Assembly: GCA_009914755.4 (NCBI GenBank)
Contig: CP068257.2
Location: forward strand, 41,184,001-41,248,000
DNA: 64,000 bases
From: the human T2T-CHM13v2.0 reference genome, Homo sapiens
Reading direction: 5' to 3'
Shown here piece by piece: positions 29,482 to 45,790 of the stretch (within the stretch, counting starts at the first letter, position 1; the number at the start of each line of letters is the position of its first letter). The notes beneath the pieces are model-generated. The model was not told the origin of the DNA and did not search any database. It was given only the letters and a program-made list of their open reading frames with translations. Both the position numbers and the translations under genes were made by a program.

Positions 29482-30803
29482 TTAAAGAAACAGAAAGGCA
29501 AGAGCAAACCCAACCCAAAATTAGTAGAAGAAAAGTCAGAGAAGAAACAAATGAAGTGAAATGAAGAAAACAATACAAAAGATCAATAAAATAAAAAGCT
29601 GGTTTTTTGGAAAGATAAAATTGACAAACTTTAGCCAGACTAAAAAAAAAAAGAAGATACAAATAAATAAAATTATAGATGAAAAAGGGGGTTATTACAA
29701 CCAATATTGCAGAAACTCAAAGGATCATTAGTGGCTACAGTGAGCACTATATGACAATAAATTGGAAAATCTAGAAGAAATGAATAAATTCCTAGACGTA
29801 TATAACTTGCCAAGATTGAAGCATGAAGAAATCCAAAACCTGAACAGACCAATAACAGGTAACAAGATTGAAACTCTAATAAAAAGTCTCCTAGCAAAGA
29901 AAAGCCCAAGACCCCATGGCCTCACTGCTGAATTCTACCAAACATTTAAAAAACTAATACCAATCCTACTCAAATTATTCCAAAAAATAAAGGAGGAGAG
30001 AATACTTCCAAACTCACTCTACAAAGCCAGTATTATCCTGATACTGAAACTAGACAGACACATCAAGATAAGAAAACTACAGGTCAATATCTCTGATGAA
30101 TATTGATGCAAAAATCCTCAACACAATACTAGCAAACCGAGTTCAACAACACATTAAAAAGATCATTCGTTATGACCAAATGGGATTTATCCCAAAGATG
30201 CAAGGATGGTTCAACATACACAAATCAATCATCACTGTGCTACATTGTTATCAACAGAATGAAAGACAAAAATCATAAGATCATTTCAACTGATGCTGAA
30301 AAATCATTTGAGAAAATTCAATTTCACTTCATGATAAAAACTCTCAAACAACTGGGTATAGAAAGAACACATCTCAACATAATAAAAGCCATATACAACA
30401 GACCTACAGCTAGTATCATACTAAATGAGGAAAAAGTGAAAACCTTTCCTCTAAGATCTGGAACATGACAAGGATGCCTAATTTCACCACTGTTATTCAA
30501 CATAGTACTGGAAGTCCTAGCTAAAGCAATCAGACAAGAGAAAGGAATAAAGAGCATCCAAATTGGAAAGGAAGAAGTCAAATTATTCTTGTTTACAGAT
30601 GATATGATCTTATATTTGGAAGAACCTAAAGACACCACCAAAAAAACATTAGAACTGATAAATTCAGTAAAGTTGCAGGATACAAAATCAACAAACAAAA
30701 ATCAGTAGCATTTTTATATGCCAACAGTAAACAATCTGAAAGAGAAATCAAGAAAGTAATCCATTTACAATAACCACAAATAAAACACCTACAAATTAAC
30801 TTA

Positions 30804-31202
<399 letters not shown>

Positions 31203-31682
31203 TCATGGATTGAAAGAATCAATATTGTTAAAATGTCCATACTTACTCAAAGCAATCTATAGATTCAATGCAATCCCTATCAAAATACCAATGACATTAT
31301 TCACAGAAATATAAAAAAAATCCTAAAATTTATATCAAACCAGCAAAGACTCAGAATAGCCAAAGCTATCCTGAGCAAAAAGAACAAAACTAGAGGAATC
31401 AGATTATCTGACTTCAAATTATACTACAGAGCTATAGTAACCAAGGTGCTAAGATTACAGGTGTGAGCCACCACACTTGGACTTGGCTCCTGTGAGTGTT
31501 TTTGTTTCTTTTTTTTAATTTTTAATTCTTGTGGGTACATAGTAGGTATATATATTTATGGGGTACATGAGATATTTTGGTACAGGCATCCAATGCATAA
31601 TAATCTCATCATGGAATATTGGATTTCTAGCTCCTCAAGCATTTATCTGTTGTGTTACAAACAATCCAATTATACTCTTTTA

Positions 31683-32033
<351 letters not shown>

Positions 32034-33027
32034 TTATTATTGACTATAGTCACCCTGTTGTGCTATCAAATACTAGGTCTTATTCATTTTGTCCATTTTT
32101 TTCCCCCATTAACCATCCCCACCTCCCCTACCCTCCCACTACCCTTCCCAGCCTCTGGTAACCATCCTTCTACCTTCTATGTCCGTGAATTCAATTATTT
32201 TGATTTTTAGATCCCACAAATAAGTGAGCACATGTGATGTTTGTGTTCTGTGCCTGATTTATTTTCTTTAACATAATGACCTCTAGTTCCATCTATATTG
32301 TTGCAAATGACAGGGTCTCATTCTTTTTAATGGCTGAATAGTACTCCACTGTGTATATGTACCACATTTTCTTTATCCATTCCTCTGTTGATAGATACTT
32401 TGGTTGCTTCCAAATCTTGGCTAGTGTGAATAGTGCTGCAACGGACATGGGAGAGCAGCTAACACTTGGATAGACTGATTTCCCTTCTTTGGGTCATATA
32501 CCCAGCAGTTTGATTGCTGGTAGTTCTATTTTCAGTTTTTTGAGGAACCTCCAAACTGTTCTCCATAGTGGTTATAGTAATTTACATTCCCACCACCAGT
32601 CTATGAGGGTTCCCTTTTCTCCACCTCCTCGCCAGCATTTGTTATTGCCTGACTTTTGGATAAAAGCTATTTTAACTGGAGTGAGATGATATCTCATTGT
32701 AGTTTTGATTTGCATTTCTCTGATGATCAAGGATGCTGAGCACCTTTTTGCATGCCTGTTTGCCATTTGCAAGCCTTCCTTTGAGAAATGTCTATTCAAA
32801 TCTTTTGCCCATTTTTAAATCAGATTATTAGATTGTTTCCTATAGAGTTATTTGAGCTCCTTATATATTCCGGTTATTAATCCCTGTCAGATGGTTAGTT
32901 TGCAAATCTTTTCTCTCATTCCGTGGGATTTCTTTTCATTTTTGATTGTTTCCTTTGCAGTGGAGTAGCTTTTTAACTTGATGTGATCCCATTTGTCCAT
33001 TTTTGCTTTGGTTGTCTGTTCTTGTAG

Positions 33028-33411
<384 letters not shown>

Positions 33412-33425
33412 TAGTAGTTTCATAG

Positions 33426-33745
<320 letters not shown>

Positions 33746-34847
33746 TGAATATGAATATCCAATTTTCCCAGCCCCATTTGTTGAAGAGATTATCCTTTCT
33801 CCAACGTATGTTCTTGGCACCTTTGTCAAAAGGGAGTTCATTACAGATGTATAGATTTGTTTCTGGGTTCTCTGTTCTGTTCCATTGGTCTATGTGTCTG
33901 TTTTTATGCCAGTACCTTACTGTTTTGGTTACTATAGCTCTGTAGTATAATTTGAAGTCAGATAATCTGATTCCTTTAGTGCAGATGCCATGTTAATCTG
34001 ATGGTCAAGGTTAACATCACCACCAATGGGCCACATTAAAGCTGTGTGCCCTGGCAGGATGCAGTGAGAGCTCTGCGTCGCTTTCACCATCTTCCTGCCC
34101 AAGAGGCATCACCTGAGCCTCATCGTGGGGGAATCGTCAGCCCAACCCGCAGTGAGGGGCGGGGGCTCCACAAGACACCTGGCCTGTGATCATCCAAGGG
34201 CAAAGTCCTGAAAGTCAAGGAAAGATGGAAAAGCTGTTCCAAGGAACAGCTCGGACCACTAAATGCAACAGACCACTAAATGCAAACACTAAATGCAGAG
34301 ACATGACCACTAAATGCAACAAGGGATCCTGGAAGGGACTCTTGTGCTGTAAAGGACGTCGCTGGGGCCATTGAGGAAACTCGAACAGGACCTGTGGATC
34401 AGATAATCATGATACATCAGTGCTGATTTCCCGATTTCTATGTCTAGATGTGGTTACGTAGGAAAACATCCCTGTTCGTAGGTAGTTCACACTAACATAT
34501 TTGGTGGTGGGTTATCATGGTGACAACTCAATTGGTTGAGAAAAAAAACAAACCCTTTGTGATATTCTTACAATGAGTGAATGAGTGAGTGAATGCTAAC
34601 CCCTCACCACAGTACAGGAAGGTTACAACAAATGCAGTCATAAAGACTGGCTTCAGCCACCCTCTGCAGCCAAACCCATGTGATGGGCCTACAAGTCATC
34701 CAAAGTGTGCTCATTCATTCATTCGATGTACATTCATTCATTCCTTCCACATATATTAAGCACCTCTTGTGTGGACGGGACCGCACAAGGTTCAGGGAGC
34801 CAAGGACAAAGAAAGCCGTGTCTTCTCTCAAGGAGACAACAGTCTAG

Positions 34848-35478
<631 letters not shown>

Positions 35479-35920
35479 AGAGTGGGGGGTTGACTTTGGA
35501 GGAATGCCAGCTCCACCCCTGGCTCCAGCACCTTCCTGTGTGTGACCACAGGCAGTCATGGAGCGCCAGGCGCCTCACTCATGAAGTGTGACAGTGATAG
35601 CAACTTCCCTAGGTGGCAGTGAAACTTCAGTGTAGCGGCCGTGAAAACATTTCCCACGGTGGCCGGCGGGTACTTGGTCCTTGGAAAATATTTTTCTTCT
35701 CATTTCCGTGGAAATAGCCTTCAGAGTTCTCAGAATCGCTTTCCCCAAAACCTGAAAATCTTAAAGGGGAAACCATTTTCAGAATAAAAAGAGCCACCTC
35801 TCATGACTGACACTGCCCCCTGCTGTGGTCCCGATGAGAACCAGGGCACTAGTGGGTAAGGTATGAGCTGTGCCTGCCAGAGAGACAAGCCCAGTGTTTC
35901 CAACGTGAAGTAATACTTAG

Positions 35921-36353
<433 letters not shown>

Positions 36354-36493
36354 TGAGAATGGAACTGCTGTGAACATTTTTGTGCGAATCTTTTCAGGGA
36401 CATTGCTTTCATCCGTCTTGGGTAAATGTCTAGGAGTAGGATTGCCTGGCCATCAGTGCATTTATGACTTGTTAAAAACTGCTGATTTTGTCT

Positions 36494-36650
36494 TTTTCTT
36501 TTTTTTTGAGACAACAGTCTTGTTCTCTTGCCCAGGCTGCAGTGCAGTGGCACAATCATGGCTCACTATAGCCTCCAACTCAGGTGTTCCTCCCACCTCA
36601 GCCTCCCAAAGTGATGGGGTTACATGTGTGAGCCACTGTGCCTGGCCCAA
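36494..36650 (-). mobile_element. Alu, partial
   Basis: gagacaacagtcttgttctcttgcccaggctgcagtgcagtggcac... Confidence 0.8.
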
Positions 36651-36711
36651 AACTTCTGGTTTTCTGAAGTGGTTGTGCCACATCCTTGCTAACTTGTTGT
36701 TTCCTTTGTGC

Positions 36712-36990
36712 ATTTTTTTTTTTTTTTTTTGAGACTGTGTCTTGCTTTATTGCCTAGGCTGGCATGGCTCACTGCAACCTCTGCCTGCTGGGTTCGAGCG
36801 GTTCTCCTGTCTCAGCCTCCCAAATATCTGGGATTACAGGCGCCCGCCACCACGCCCAGCTAATTATTGTATTTTTTTTTAGTAGAGACAGGGTTTTACC
36901 ATGTTGGTCAGGCTAGTCTTGAACTCCTGACCTCAAGCAATCCACCTGCCTTAGCCTCCCAAATTTTGGGATTCCAGGTGTAAGCCACCG
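36712..36990 (-). mobile_element. Alu SINE (reverse)
   Basis: gagactgtgtcttgctttattgcctaggctggcatggctcactgc... Confidence 0.85.
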
Positions 36991-37029
36991 GGCCCGGCCT
37001 GCAATTCTTCTAAGCTGCTTTCCCCCCTC

Positions 37030-37246
37030 CCCCCGAACCCAGCTTCAAGTGATTCTCCTGCCTCAGCCTCCTGAGTAGTTGGGATTACAGGAATGTGCCA
37101 CCATGCCCGGCCAAATTTTGTATTTTTAGTAGAGATGGGGGTTTCACCATACTGGCCAGGCTGGTCTTGAACCCGACCTCAAGTGATCCACCCACTTTGG
37201 CCTCCCAAAGTGCTGGGATTACAGGCGTGAGCCACCGTGTCCGGCC
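37030..37246 (-). mobile_element. Alu, partial (reverse)
   Basis: cttcaagtgattctcctgcctcagcctcctgagtagttgggattacagg...ggcgtgagccaccgtgtccggccc. Confidence 0.85.
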
Positions 37247-38212
37247 CTAGGCTGCTTTTAGCCATCAACGTGTATTGAGGGCAAGGACATCTAGAGTCGA
37301 GTGAATAGTGGCGAGGCACCACGGAAACGCAGCCACCAGACTGCATCAGAGGGACCTGTCCTTGCCCTGCCTTCCTCTGACTGTCTGGTCAATGTACAGG
37401 GTGGGGAGTGGGCCAAGGTTGGGTGCATCGTTTTATTTTAGTTCAACTGCACAGCAGTCTGAAACAGAGCAGAATGCTTCTTCCTGGACTGCGTGTCATT
37501 CTGTGTCTGCTTTGAAGTTTGCCATGCCTTTTCCCCACACTCACACGTGCTGTCTGCCAGCCCCCTCCATCATCTGCCAGCCCCCTCCAACCGCAGGACT
37601 ACTCAGTATCTGTGGGATGCCTCTGCCACCCTCACTGGAGCTGTGGCCACGAGATGTGCTCTGGATGCCTCAGCGGGTCCCTCAGGACCTGCAGGGACAG
37701 TATCCAGCACAGCATCAGGACAAAGTGCTCTTGGCTTCTAGTTCTAGAACAAGCGGCTCGTGCCAATCAACCCTGCTTCCAGCTCTTCCTGTCTTTATTT
37801 TTTGACCTGAAAATGTGCATTTACCTGTTACTGGGGAGACTGGCTAGCCAGGCAGGGAGCGCGAATCCTAAGTGCACACACATTCCTCCGTGTGAACAGA
37901 CCACAGCTTGCTTTTCATTGTCCTGGCCACATCAGGAAACAGCACCCGCAGCGGCTTTGCAGACCCCTCCCCTCAAGTGTTCTTGTATTCAACCCCCACA
38001 CCCTGCAAGAAGTAAGGATGACCCTGACTTCTGACACCTGACGTTGGCTTTGCCTGTTTCTGAATTTGGTTGCAGAATCACTCAGCATGTTCTAAGGGCA
38101 GAGAGTCACTGGTGTCGCTGTGAGTATACATTGCCTTATCGAGGGTGCTGCCTCCCCGTGTCAGGCTGTGGTGCTGCTGGGAATTGCTTGCATGTGCCAC
38201 ACCTGACACAAG

Positions 38213-38378
38213 TTAGCCAGGCGTGGTGGCACGCGCCTGTAATCCCAGCTACTCAGGAGGCTAGGGCAGGAGAATCACTGAAACCTGGGAGGCAAAGGTT
38301 TCAGTGAGCCGAGATGTCGCCACTGCACTCCAGCTTGGAGACAGAGCGAAACTCCGTCTCAAAAAAAAAAAAAAAAAG
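38213..38378 (+). mobile_element. Alu right-arm fragment
   Basis: ttagccaggcgtggtggcacgcgcctgtaatcccagctactcaggaggc...poly-A. Confidence 0.85.
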
Positions 38379-39740
38379 AGAGAAAGAAAAAGAAAACCTG
38401 GCAGATACCTCCTTACCCTTGTGCTCAAGGTCAACATTGCCAGTCATGAGACACTTGGACATGTGGACCCCTGGTGTGGTACCCTGGGAAGGACACAGCG
38501 CCACTGCATGCACTTCCCGCCAAAATGTGTAGCCTGTGAAATGATGTCCGGCCAAACATGGAGACACATTCCGCAGCACTCACCCCTCAGAGGTGTCATG
38601 GCCACTGAGGCCAGGACGAACTGAGGGACAGTCACAGCGTGGAGGGGACTAAGGCGACAGCAAAGGGCAGCCTGGGAGGCTGGCTTGGGTCCTGGGACAG
38701 GAAGATGATGGCGTGGGGACTTTTAAAGTACGGAGTCACTTGGCCTGGCTGTGTTTGTGCATGAACCAGCAGAGGGGGAGAAAGTGGTCAGGTCATAGCG
38801 GGAGGGCCACAGGGGACATCCAGGGGCAAGTGAGACCGGGAAGGACTCCTGCCTGATTTTCCTGCCTTCCTGAATTTCTGTGTTTGCAGGGGCGGGGAGG
38901 GGGGATGTAATTTACATACAGCAAAACAGAGAGATCTCAAAAGATGCTGTTGGGTGAGTACTGTCAAACGTGTACACCATGTAACCGTCACCCCAGTCAA
39001 GACGTGGAGTGTTTCCATCACCCCTCAGGCTTTGCCCTGTGCCCCACAATCATACTTCCCAGTGCTGCGCTTAGACCGGGTAGGCAGGACGCCGTGCCTC
39101 AGGGCTCGGGCTGACCGAGGAGGAAGCAAATACTTCAGCAGCCCTACTCAGGGGCCGCGCTCTAGTATTTCTTTGGGATTTTCCAAGTCTGTCTTTGGTG
39201 CTTGGGAATGGTTGGTCCCCATCTTTCCCATGCAGGGCACTCTCTGATCCTCTATACCCTACCTCCTAGGGTCAACCAGTCCATGCCTGTCTTGGCCTTC
39301 AGCAGTGCGTGTGTATGTGTGTGTGCGTGCGTGCATGTGTGCACACATACCCTTTGGTGTTCTGCTGTTCCACTTTTCTGGTTAAGCACCCAAGGTGGTG
39401 GGGTAGGGGCGGGGGTCCTTCACCCTGTGCACTCCAGGACACACCCCCATCCCCTCTGTAGGCTCCACTCCACACCACCTGCCCACCTCCACACCTATGA
39501 CCTTGTCCCCTCTCGCCTCTGATCAGGATGGTGATGTTGTGGCGAGGTCGTGCTCTCCCAGGTCCATCTTCAGGCCTGTAGACAGAAAGACGGACCTTCC
39601 TCGCACAAGTGGACCTCTCTTCTCGCTTGACCCAGAGCCCTGCTGGAGGCGGCCAGGGAGGCAGGGGTGTGGGCGACACTGGGAATGCAGCTGAGGAGTC
39701 CAAGTGGGCCCATGACTGGAAGTCTCCTGCTTCTACTAAG

Positions 39741-39843
39741 AATTTTTTTTTTCAAGACAGGAGTTTTGCTCTTGTCGCCCAGGCTGGAGTGCAGTGGCCC
39801 ACCTCGACCTCCCAAAGTGCTGGGATTACAGACATGAGCCACC
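39741..39843 (-). mobile_element. Alu fragment with internal deletion
   Basis: caagacaggagttttgctcttgtcgcccaggctggagtgcagtggcccacctcgacctcccaaagtgctgggattacag. Confidence 0.75.
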
Positions 39844-40473
39844 TGGCCGTATCCAGTTATCTGTTGATATCAGTATGGATTTGGGGACATTTATTTTATG
39901 CTGTTATAAACCAATGCTATGGCCATTGACTCATTCCAGGTTTGGCCCCTGGGATCTCCCTCAGGCTGGCCCCTGGGTTCTTTCAACAATTCCCCATCTT
40001 TTTCAAACACATCCTCATTTCCTGGGTCTACAAAGTACTCCAGGCTTAGCTAGGATTTCGTCTGCCCCAGTCCTGGAACAAACCAGTTCTCCAAGGATTG
40101 CCAGTTTCATACGCTGGAGAATAGTGCTAGAAAACGAAGATCTGAGTGCAAGGTGAGCTCACTGTGGCTGGGATATCATCGTTTCTAGACCCTTTGAGCT
40201 TAAAGACCTAGAAAAGACATGCATACTTAATAGCCCAAGCATAGGCAGGCTTCTGCATTTATTCCTGTATCTACCTGCATATATACATGGTAAAAACCAT
40301 GGGTTTACACAGATACCTTGGAGCCAACCCAACACCAAGGGCTTTCCTTGGCCTCCCTCTGGCTCTCACTGTCCGATGCAGATTAGATTTACCTGTGTGG
40401 TCAATCCTCGTGTGTACATACATTTCAGAACTGCTGGCCTGGACCCATGTGAAAAACAGTCACCATCTACAGC

Positions 40474-40700
40474 AGGGGTGTCCAAGCTTTTGGCTTCCCT
40501 GGGCCACACTGAACAACTGTATTGCACCACACATAAAATACACTAACATTAATGATGACTGATGAGTTAAAAAAAAAAAAATCGCAAAAAAATCTCATAA
40601 TGTCTTACGAAAGTTTACAAATTTGTGTTGGGCCGCATTCAAAGCTGTCCTGGGCCGCACAGCCCAGAAGCCGCGAGTTGGACAAGCTTGATCTCCAGTA
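40474..40700. mobile_element. MITE-like nonautonomous DNA transposon fossil with terminal inverted repeats
   Basis: Starts gcaggggtgtccaagcttttggcttccctgggccacac and ends ...ccgcgagttggacaagcttgatc; the termini are reverse-complementary. Confidence 0.5.
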
Positions 40701-40775
40701 TTCTGTCCAGTTCTTTTTGTCTTTAAACTTACTTACAGTATCCATCAAAATCCTATTTTCCAAAGTTACTTTTTT

Positions 40776-41045
40776 TTTCTTTTTAGATAGAGTCTCGCTC
40801 TGTGGCCCAGGCTTGAATGTGATCTCAGCTCACTGCAACCTCCACATCCTGGGCCTCCTGCCTCAGCCTCCCCAGTAGCTGGGACTACAGGCGTGTGCAC
40901 CACCATGCCCAACTAATTTTTGTATTTTTAGTAGAGACAGGGTTTCACCGTGATGGCCAGGCTGGTCTTGAACTCCTTACCTCAGGTGATCCTGCCTCAG
41001 CCTCCCAAAGTGCTGGAATTACAGGCGTAAGCCACTGTTCCTGGC
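40776..41045 (-). mobile_element. Alu SINE (reverse) with internal deletion
   Basis: tagagtctcgctctgtggcccaggcttgaatgtgatctcagctcactgcaacc... Confidence 0.85.
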
Positions 41046-41199
41046 CCACAGTTACTCGTTTCTTTCCTTCACCCTGGATTCAGGATGGTAAAGTTATTCC
41101 TTTTGAACAGTGAAGTTTGCTTGTTACTGTTTATATCCATTTGGAATTTCTCCCACAATCTGGTTGATCTTCATTATTTTGGGGGGCTATGAAACATCA

Positions 41200-42800
41200 C
41201 TGTGATTCTAAGAATGGGGCGCTTCACAGAAAGTCTCCTTAGAAAAATGTTGCTCCGCTCCATCCCTGCTACTCCATTCCCGTTCCCTTCTTTCTGCCCC
41301 ACTCCCATCCGCCCCTGCAGGCAACAACTCTCTTTAGGTCCTGGTTTATCTTTCCTTCCTCCAGAGCACCCGAGTAACTGCTTCTCTCCCCATCTCCCTT
41401 ACCTGAAGAGCACACGCTGCAGATACACATCTGCACCTGCTTCGTGCTCAGCAGCGGGTCGTGGGAACCACCCCACATTGTCACTCATCTGTCACGGCTG
41501 CACAGTGCTCCCTTGTGACACAATGCACAGCCTATAACCTTTTGGGTGTTTGCATATTGTTGGACGTGCATCTTCAGGGCAGACTCCACCAAGCGCTGCT
41601 TCTGGGTGTGGGTCAGACGTGGGACCTGGGAAAGGATCCAAAGGGCCCTGTGGTCCGGTCCAGACCAGGGTGAGGCATGGAGGAGGCTCTGCACAGCCAT
41701 TTGCAGCTCAGCCAGCACCGGGTGATGGCAGGGAGGCCTGGGCTTCTGCACTGGCTTCTGGCCTCTTCTGGGCACCCACGCTTTGTCCATGAATGGAAAG
41801 CAATGCTGACGGCTGCCCAATGTGTCCAGGACGTTTCTGAAACTCCTGTTCCTCTCCCCGTCCCTCTCTCTGTCCCACTGTCCACCTCAGTGACCTCCTC
41901 TCTTCGTGGCTCTCACCCCACACTCTGCCACTGCCACATTTTCCTCTGCGCCCAGCCTCTGCCTCCACCTGAAACTTTCCTGGAAATCTCAAAATGTAAT
42001 TCCAGGTCCCGCTGCCCTGGGCAGCACATCCCCCTTCAGAATAAAGGGCACCAACCGTCCCCTGGCACCTGCCTAAGCCATACCCCTTGCTCCCCTCCCC
42101 AGTCCCTGCAGCCCAAGGGTCCCCTCGACCACCCCAAGTCCCCACCTGGGCTTCTGCTGCACCCCCGCTGCCCTCCCTCCCGCTGGCCGGCAGCACCTTC
42201 TCCACCCGGGCCCCTCTGCTCACAGCGCTCCCCGTCCCCGTCTCCCCGAGGGGCGGGGAGCCAGGACATGGCCCTGAAAGCCTAGCCCTGGCCTTGACCT
42301 CCCCAGAGCGCCCTCCCCACCCTCTGCCCTCTGCCAACCCCGGCCCCTGCCCTGGCCCCGTCCTTGTCCTCTGCTGCTGGCCTTGGGGTCGCGCCCCGCA
42401 GACTGGGCTGTGCGTGGGGGTCCTGGCGGCCTGTGCCGTCCCACGCCTACGGGGATGGGCGAGGTCCTTCTTGGGGCTTCTCTTACCCACTCTCCAGTCA
42501 CCTGAGGGCGCTGCTTCCCTGCGGCCACCCCAGGTTTCTGTGCAGCCGAAGCCTCTGCCTCTGCGGCCGGGTGATCCCAAGACCCCGGGGTCCAGGGAGG
42601 CACGGGATCTGCTCCCCCGGTCCCAAATGCACCGGCTGCGCCTTAGGAGGGACGGCCTCCACCCATGGCGCTGGCGCCCAGGGGCCGCTCCTCGGACTAC
42701 AGCACTTGCTCGTCGCCCTGCGCCCTGTTTAGTTCTCATCACCAGCAGCCTGGACTAGGGCCCTGGTCCTTCTGGCCTCCTTCCACAGCCCGCTGCACAT
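41200..42800. other. GC/CpG-rich block with stop-poor frames on both strands; no recognisable protein
   Basis: High G+C and many CpG; translations are Pro/Gly/Arg/Ala low complexity in overlapping frames. Confidence 0.4.
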
Positions 42801-42952
42801 CTCACCCACTTCCCCGAGGTGCTGTCATTGTTTAGCTGGGCCCCTCAGCCTCCGTGGTTTAGAATCGTCAGAAAGCCCGGTTCATCAGGTCACTATTGAT
42901 TCTGGTTTGCATAATCCTTTCTAAACTGTGTGACTGTTCCCTGTCAAATTTG

Positions 42953-43245
<293 letters not shown>

Positions 43246-43258
43246 GCAGTGGTTTTTA

Positions 43259-43560
<302 letters not shown>

Positions 43561-44509
43561 TTTGGGAGGCAGAGATAGGATAACTTGAGCCCAAGAGTTG
43601 GAGGCCAGCCTGAGCAACATAGCAACATCTCATCCTACAGGTTTTCTTTCCTGTTCCCATCTCTTTATCCTCCTTGGCTGCTTCCTCCACTCCATTCTCC
43701 TGCTCAGGAATTTGCTCTCCAGGGTTTTTCATTCCGCTCCTTAGCAGAAGGTGTTCCTGTTGCTTTCCAAGGTCAGTTTTCACTCCCAAGGCCTCTGTGT
43801 TCTTCTCCCTAATGGTGCCCTCCCCCAAATCTGATGGAAGCAAGCCCCTGCCTGCTTTGGAGGTCCCCAACCCCCAAACGTGGTGGGTGGGTCGCTTGGT
43901 GCTGCCACTGACTCCTGCCCCCAAGAGCTGCCTCTCATTTCAAGCTGATGCACTTCTCGCTGTGACCTCACAGGAGGAATGGCGGGTCCCACCTGTCTTG
44001 AGAGGTTGCTGTCTGACATCAGTGCAGGTGTAGAGAGGAGGGGGCAGGGGTGAAGGGCCATCGTGGTGCAAACCCCACTTCCTCCAAGGAGGAGCTGAGC
44101 AGAACAGGAAGCGTCGGGCCTTCAGCTCCCACGCCTCCGGCTGAGGCTTCCATACGTGACCCAGGGCAGACTGGTAGTGAAGTCCCCATGCTCAGCCAGG
44201 AGCACCGCTGAGGCCTCCAGTGCACCGAGGGGTGATGTGCAGAGGCCCCGCTGCATCCACGGTGGTTTTTTGGTGGGCAGCACTTGCATGCCCCGGCCTG
44301 GAGTGGCCCCAGCCCAGGGGTGTCTGGCAGGAAGGGGTCTCGGGACCATCTGCTCCAGGGTCTCCTTTGAGACCAGTAAGGGGAAGTGCCTGCCATCCGT
44401 GAGTAGAGCCTCACAGAGTGCTGGGAGCGCCTGTGGGTGAGGATGGGGCTGGCCTGGGAGGACGAGGGGCTTCGAAGCCACGGGAAGGAGGCTGGGGCCA
44501 CAAGCCCCC

Positions 44510-44695
44510 AGGGGGGTGGATGGGAGGGGCTGGGCAGGAGGAGGGTTCCCGGGCCGCCTCAAGCCCCCAGGGGGGCAGATGGGAGGGGCTGGGCAGGAGG
44601 AGGGTTCCCGGGCCGCCTCAAGCCCCCAGGGGGGCAGATGGGAGGGGCTGGGCAGGAGGAGGGTTCCCGGGCCGCCTCAAGCCCCCAGGGGGCCG
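44510..44695. repeat. 60-bp GC-rich tandem repeat, 3 copies (minisatellite)
   Basis: Unit ggggggcagatgggaggggctgggcaggaggagggttcccgggccgcctcaagcccccag repeated three times almost perfectly. Confidence 0.9.
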
Positions 44696-44783
44696 CCCCT
44701 GTGTACCTGCTGTGCCTGCCTGAGTTAGGCCCTCCTGTCTGCACGCCACCCCTGCTGGCTGCAGTGACTCCATCTCCAGACCG

Positions 44784-45790
44784 TGTGTGTGTATGTGTAT
44801 GAGTGTGCGTGGTGTGTCTGTGTATGGTGTCTATGCATGTATGATGTGTGTAAATAGTATGATGTATTTGTGTATGCGTATCTATGTGGTGTGTGTGTCT
44901 GTATGGTGTCTATATAGTGTAGTGTGTGTGCATGTATGATGTGAGTGGTACAGTGTGTGCACAGCTGTATGTGGTGTGTCTGATGCTGTGTGAATGTGTG
45001 CATGTGTGGGGTATGTATGTACATGTATGGTGTAAGTGGGATGGTATGTATCTGTATGTGGTGGTGTGCGTGTGTTTGTGGTATGGTGTGTCTGTGTGCA
45101 TGTGTACATGTATAGTGTGAGTGGGATGGTATGGTATTTGTGCGTATGCATGTATGGTTTGTGTGTGTGGCATAGTACGTGGTATAATGTGTGTGTGGTA
45201 TATGTGTGCACCTGTATCTGTATGGTGTCTGCGCATGAGTGGACATGTGTGCGTATGTGGTGTGGTGTGTGGTGTGTATGTGCGCAATGCACATATGGTG
45301 CGAGTGTGTATGTGATGTTTGGTGTGCATGTGTGGTGTGAGTGTATGTGCACATATGGTGCATAAGTGCCTGTGTGGGGTGGTGTACTGTGATGTGTGAT
45401 GTATGAATCTATGTATGTGCATATATATGGTGCGAGTGTGTGCATACGTGATTGGTTGTGTGTGGGTGCCTCTATGGTGTGTGCATGTTCTGTGTGGTGT
45501 GTGCCTGTGTGTATGTGGATATGTGCATGTATGGTGTGAGTTTAGTGTGGTGTGGCACATGTGTGTATGTGGATGTGTGGTATGTGAGTGCATGATGTAC
45601 CTGTGTATGTACATGTATGGTGCGGAGTGCGCACGTGTGATGTGGTGTGGTACATGCGTAAGTACATGTGTGGTGTGGTGGGTGTGTGTGCATGGTGTGG
45701 AATGTGCACGTGTGTGATGTGTGGCACATGCATATGTACGTGTATGGTGCACGTGTGTGTAGTGTGGTATAGCGTAGCATGGTGCATGCT
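44784..45790. repeat. ~1-kb degenerate GT-rich (TG / TGTATG / CATGTATGGTG) minisatellite block
   Basis: Continuous gtgtgtgtatgtgtatgagtgtgcgtggtgtgtctgtgtatggtgtctatgcatgtatgatgtg... for about 1 kb. Confidence 0.9.

Noticed and set aside
41677-42758. Overlapping 200-344 codon ORFs on both strands
   Set aside because: Extreme GC content removes stop codons. The products are low-complexity P/G/R/A with no domain-like features and no splice-site support.
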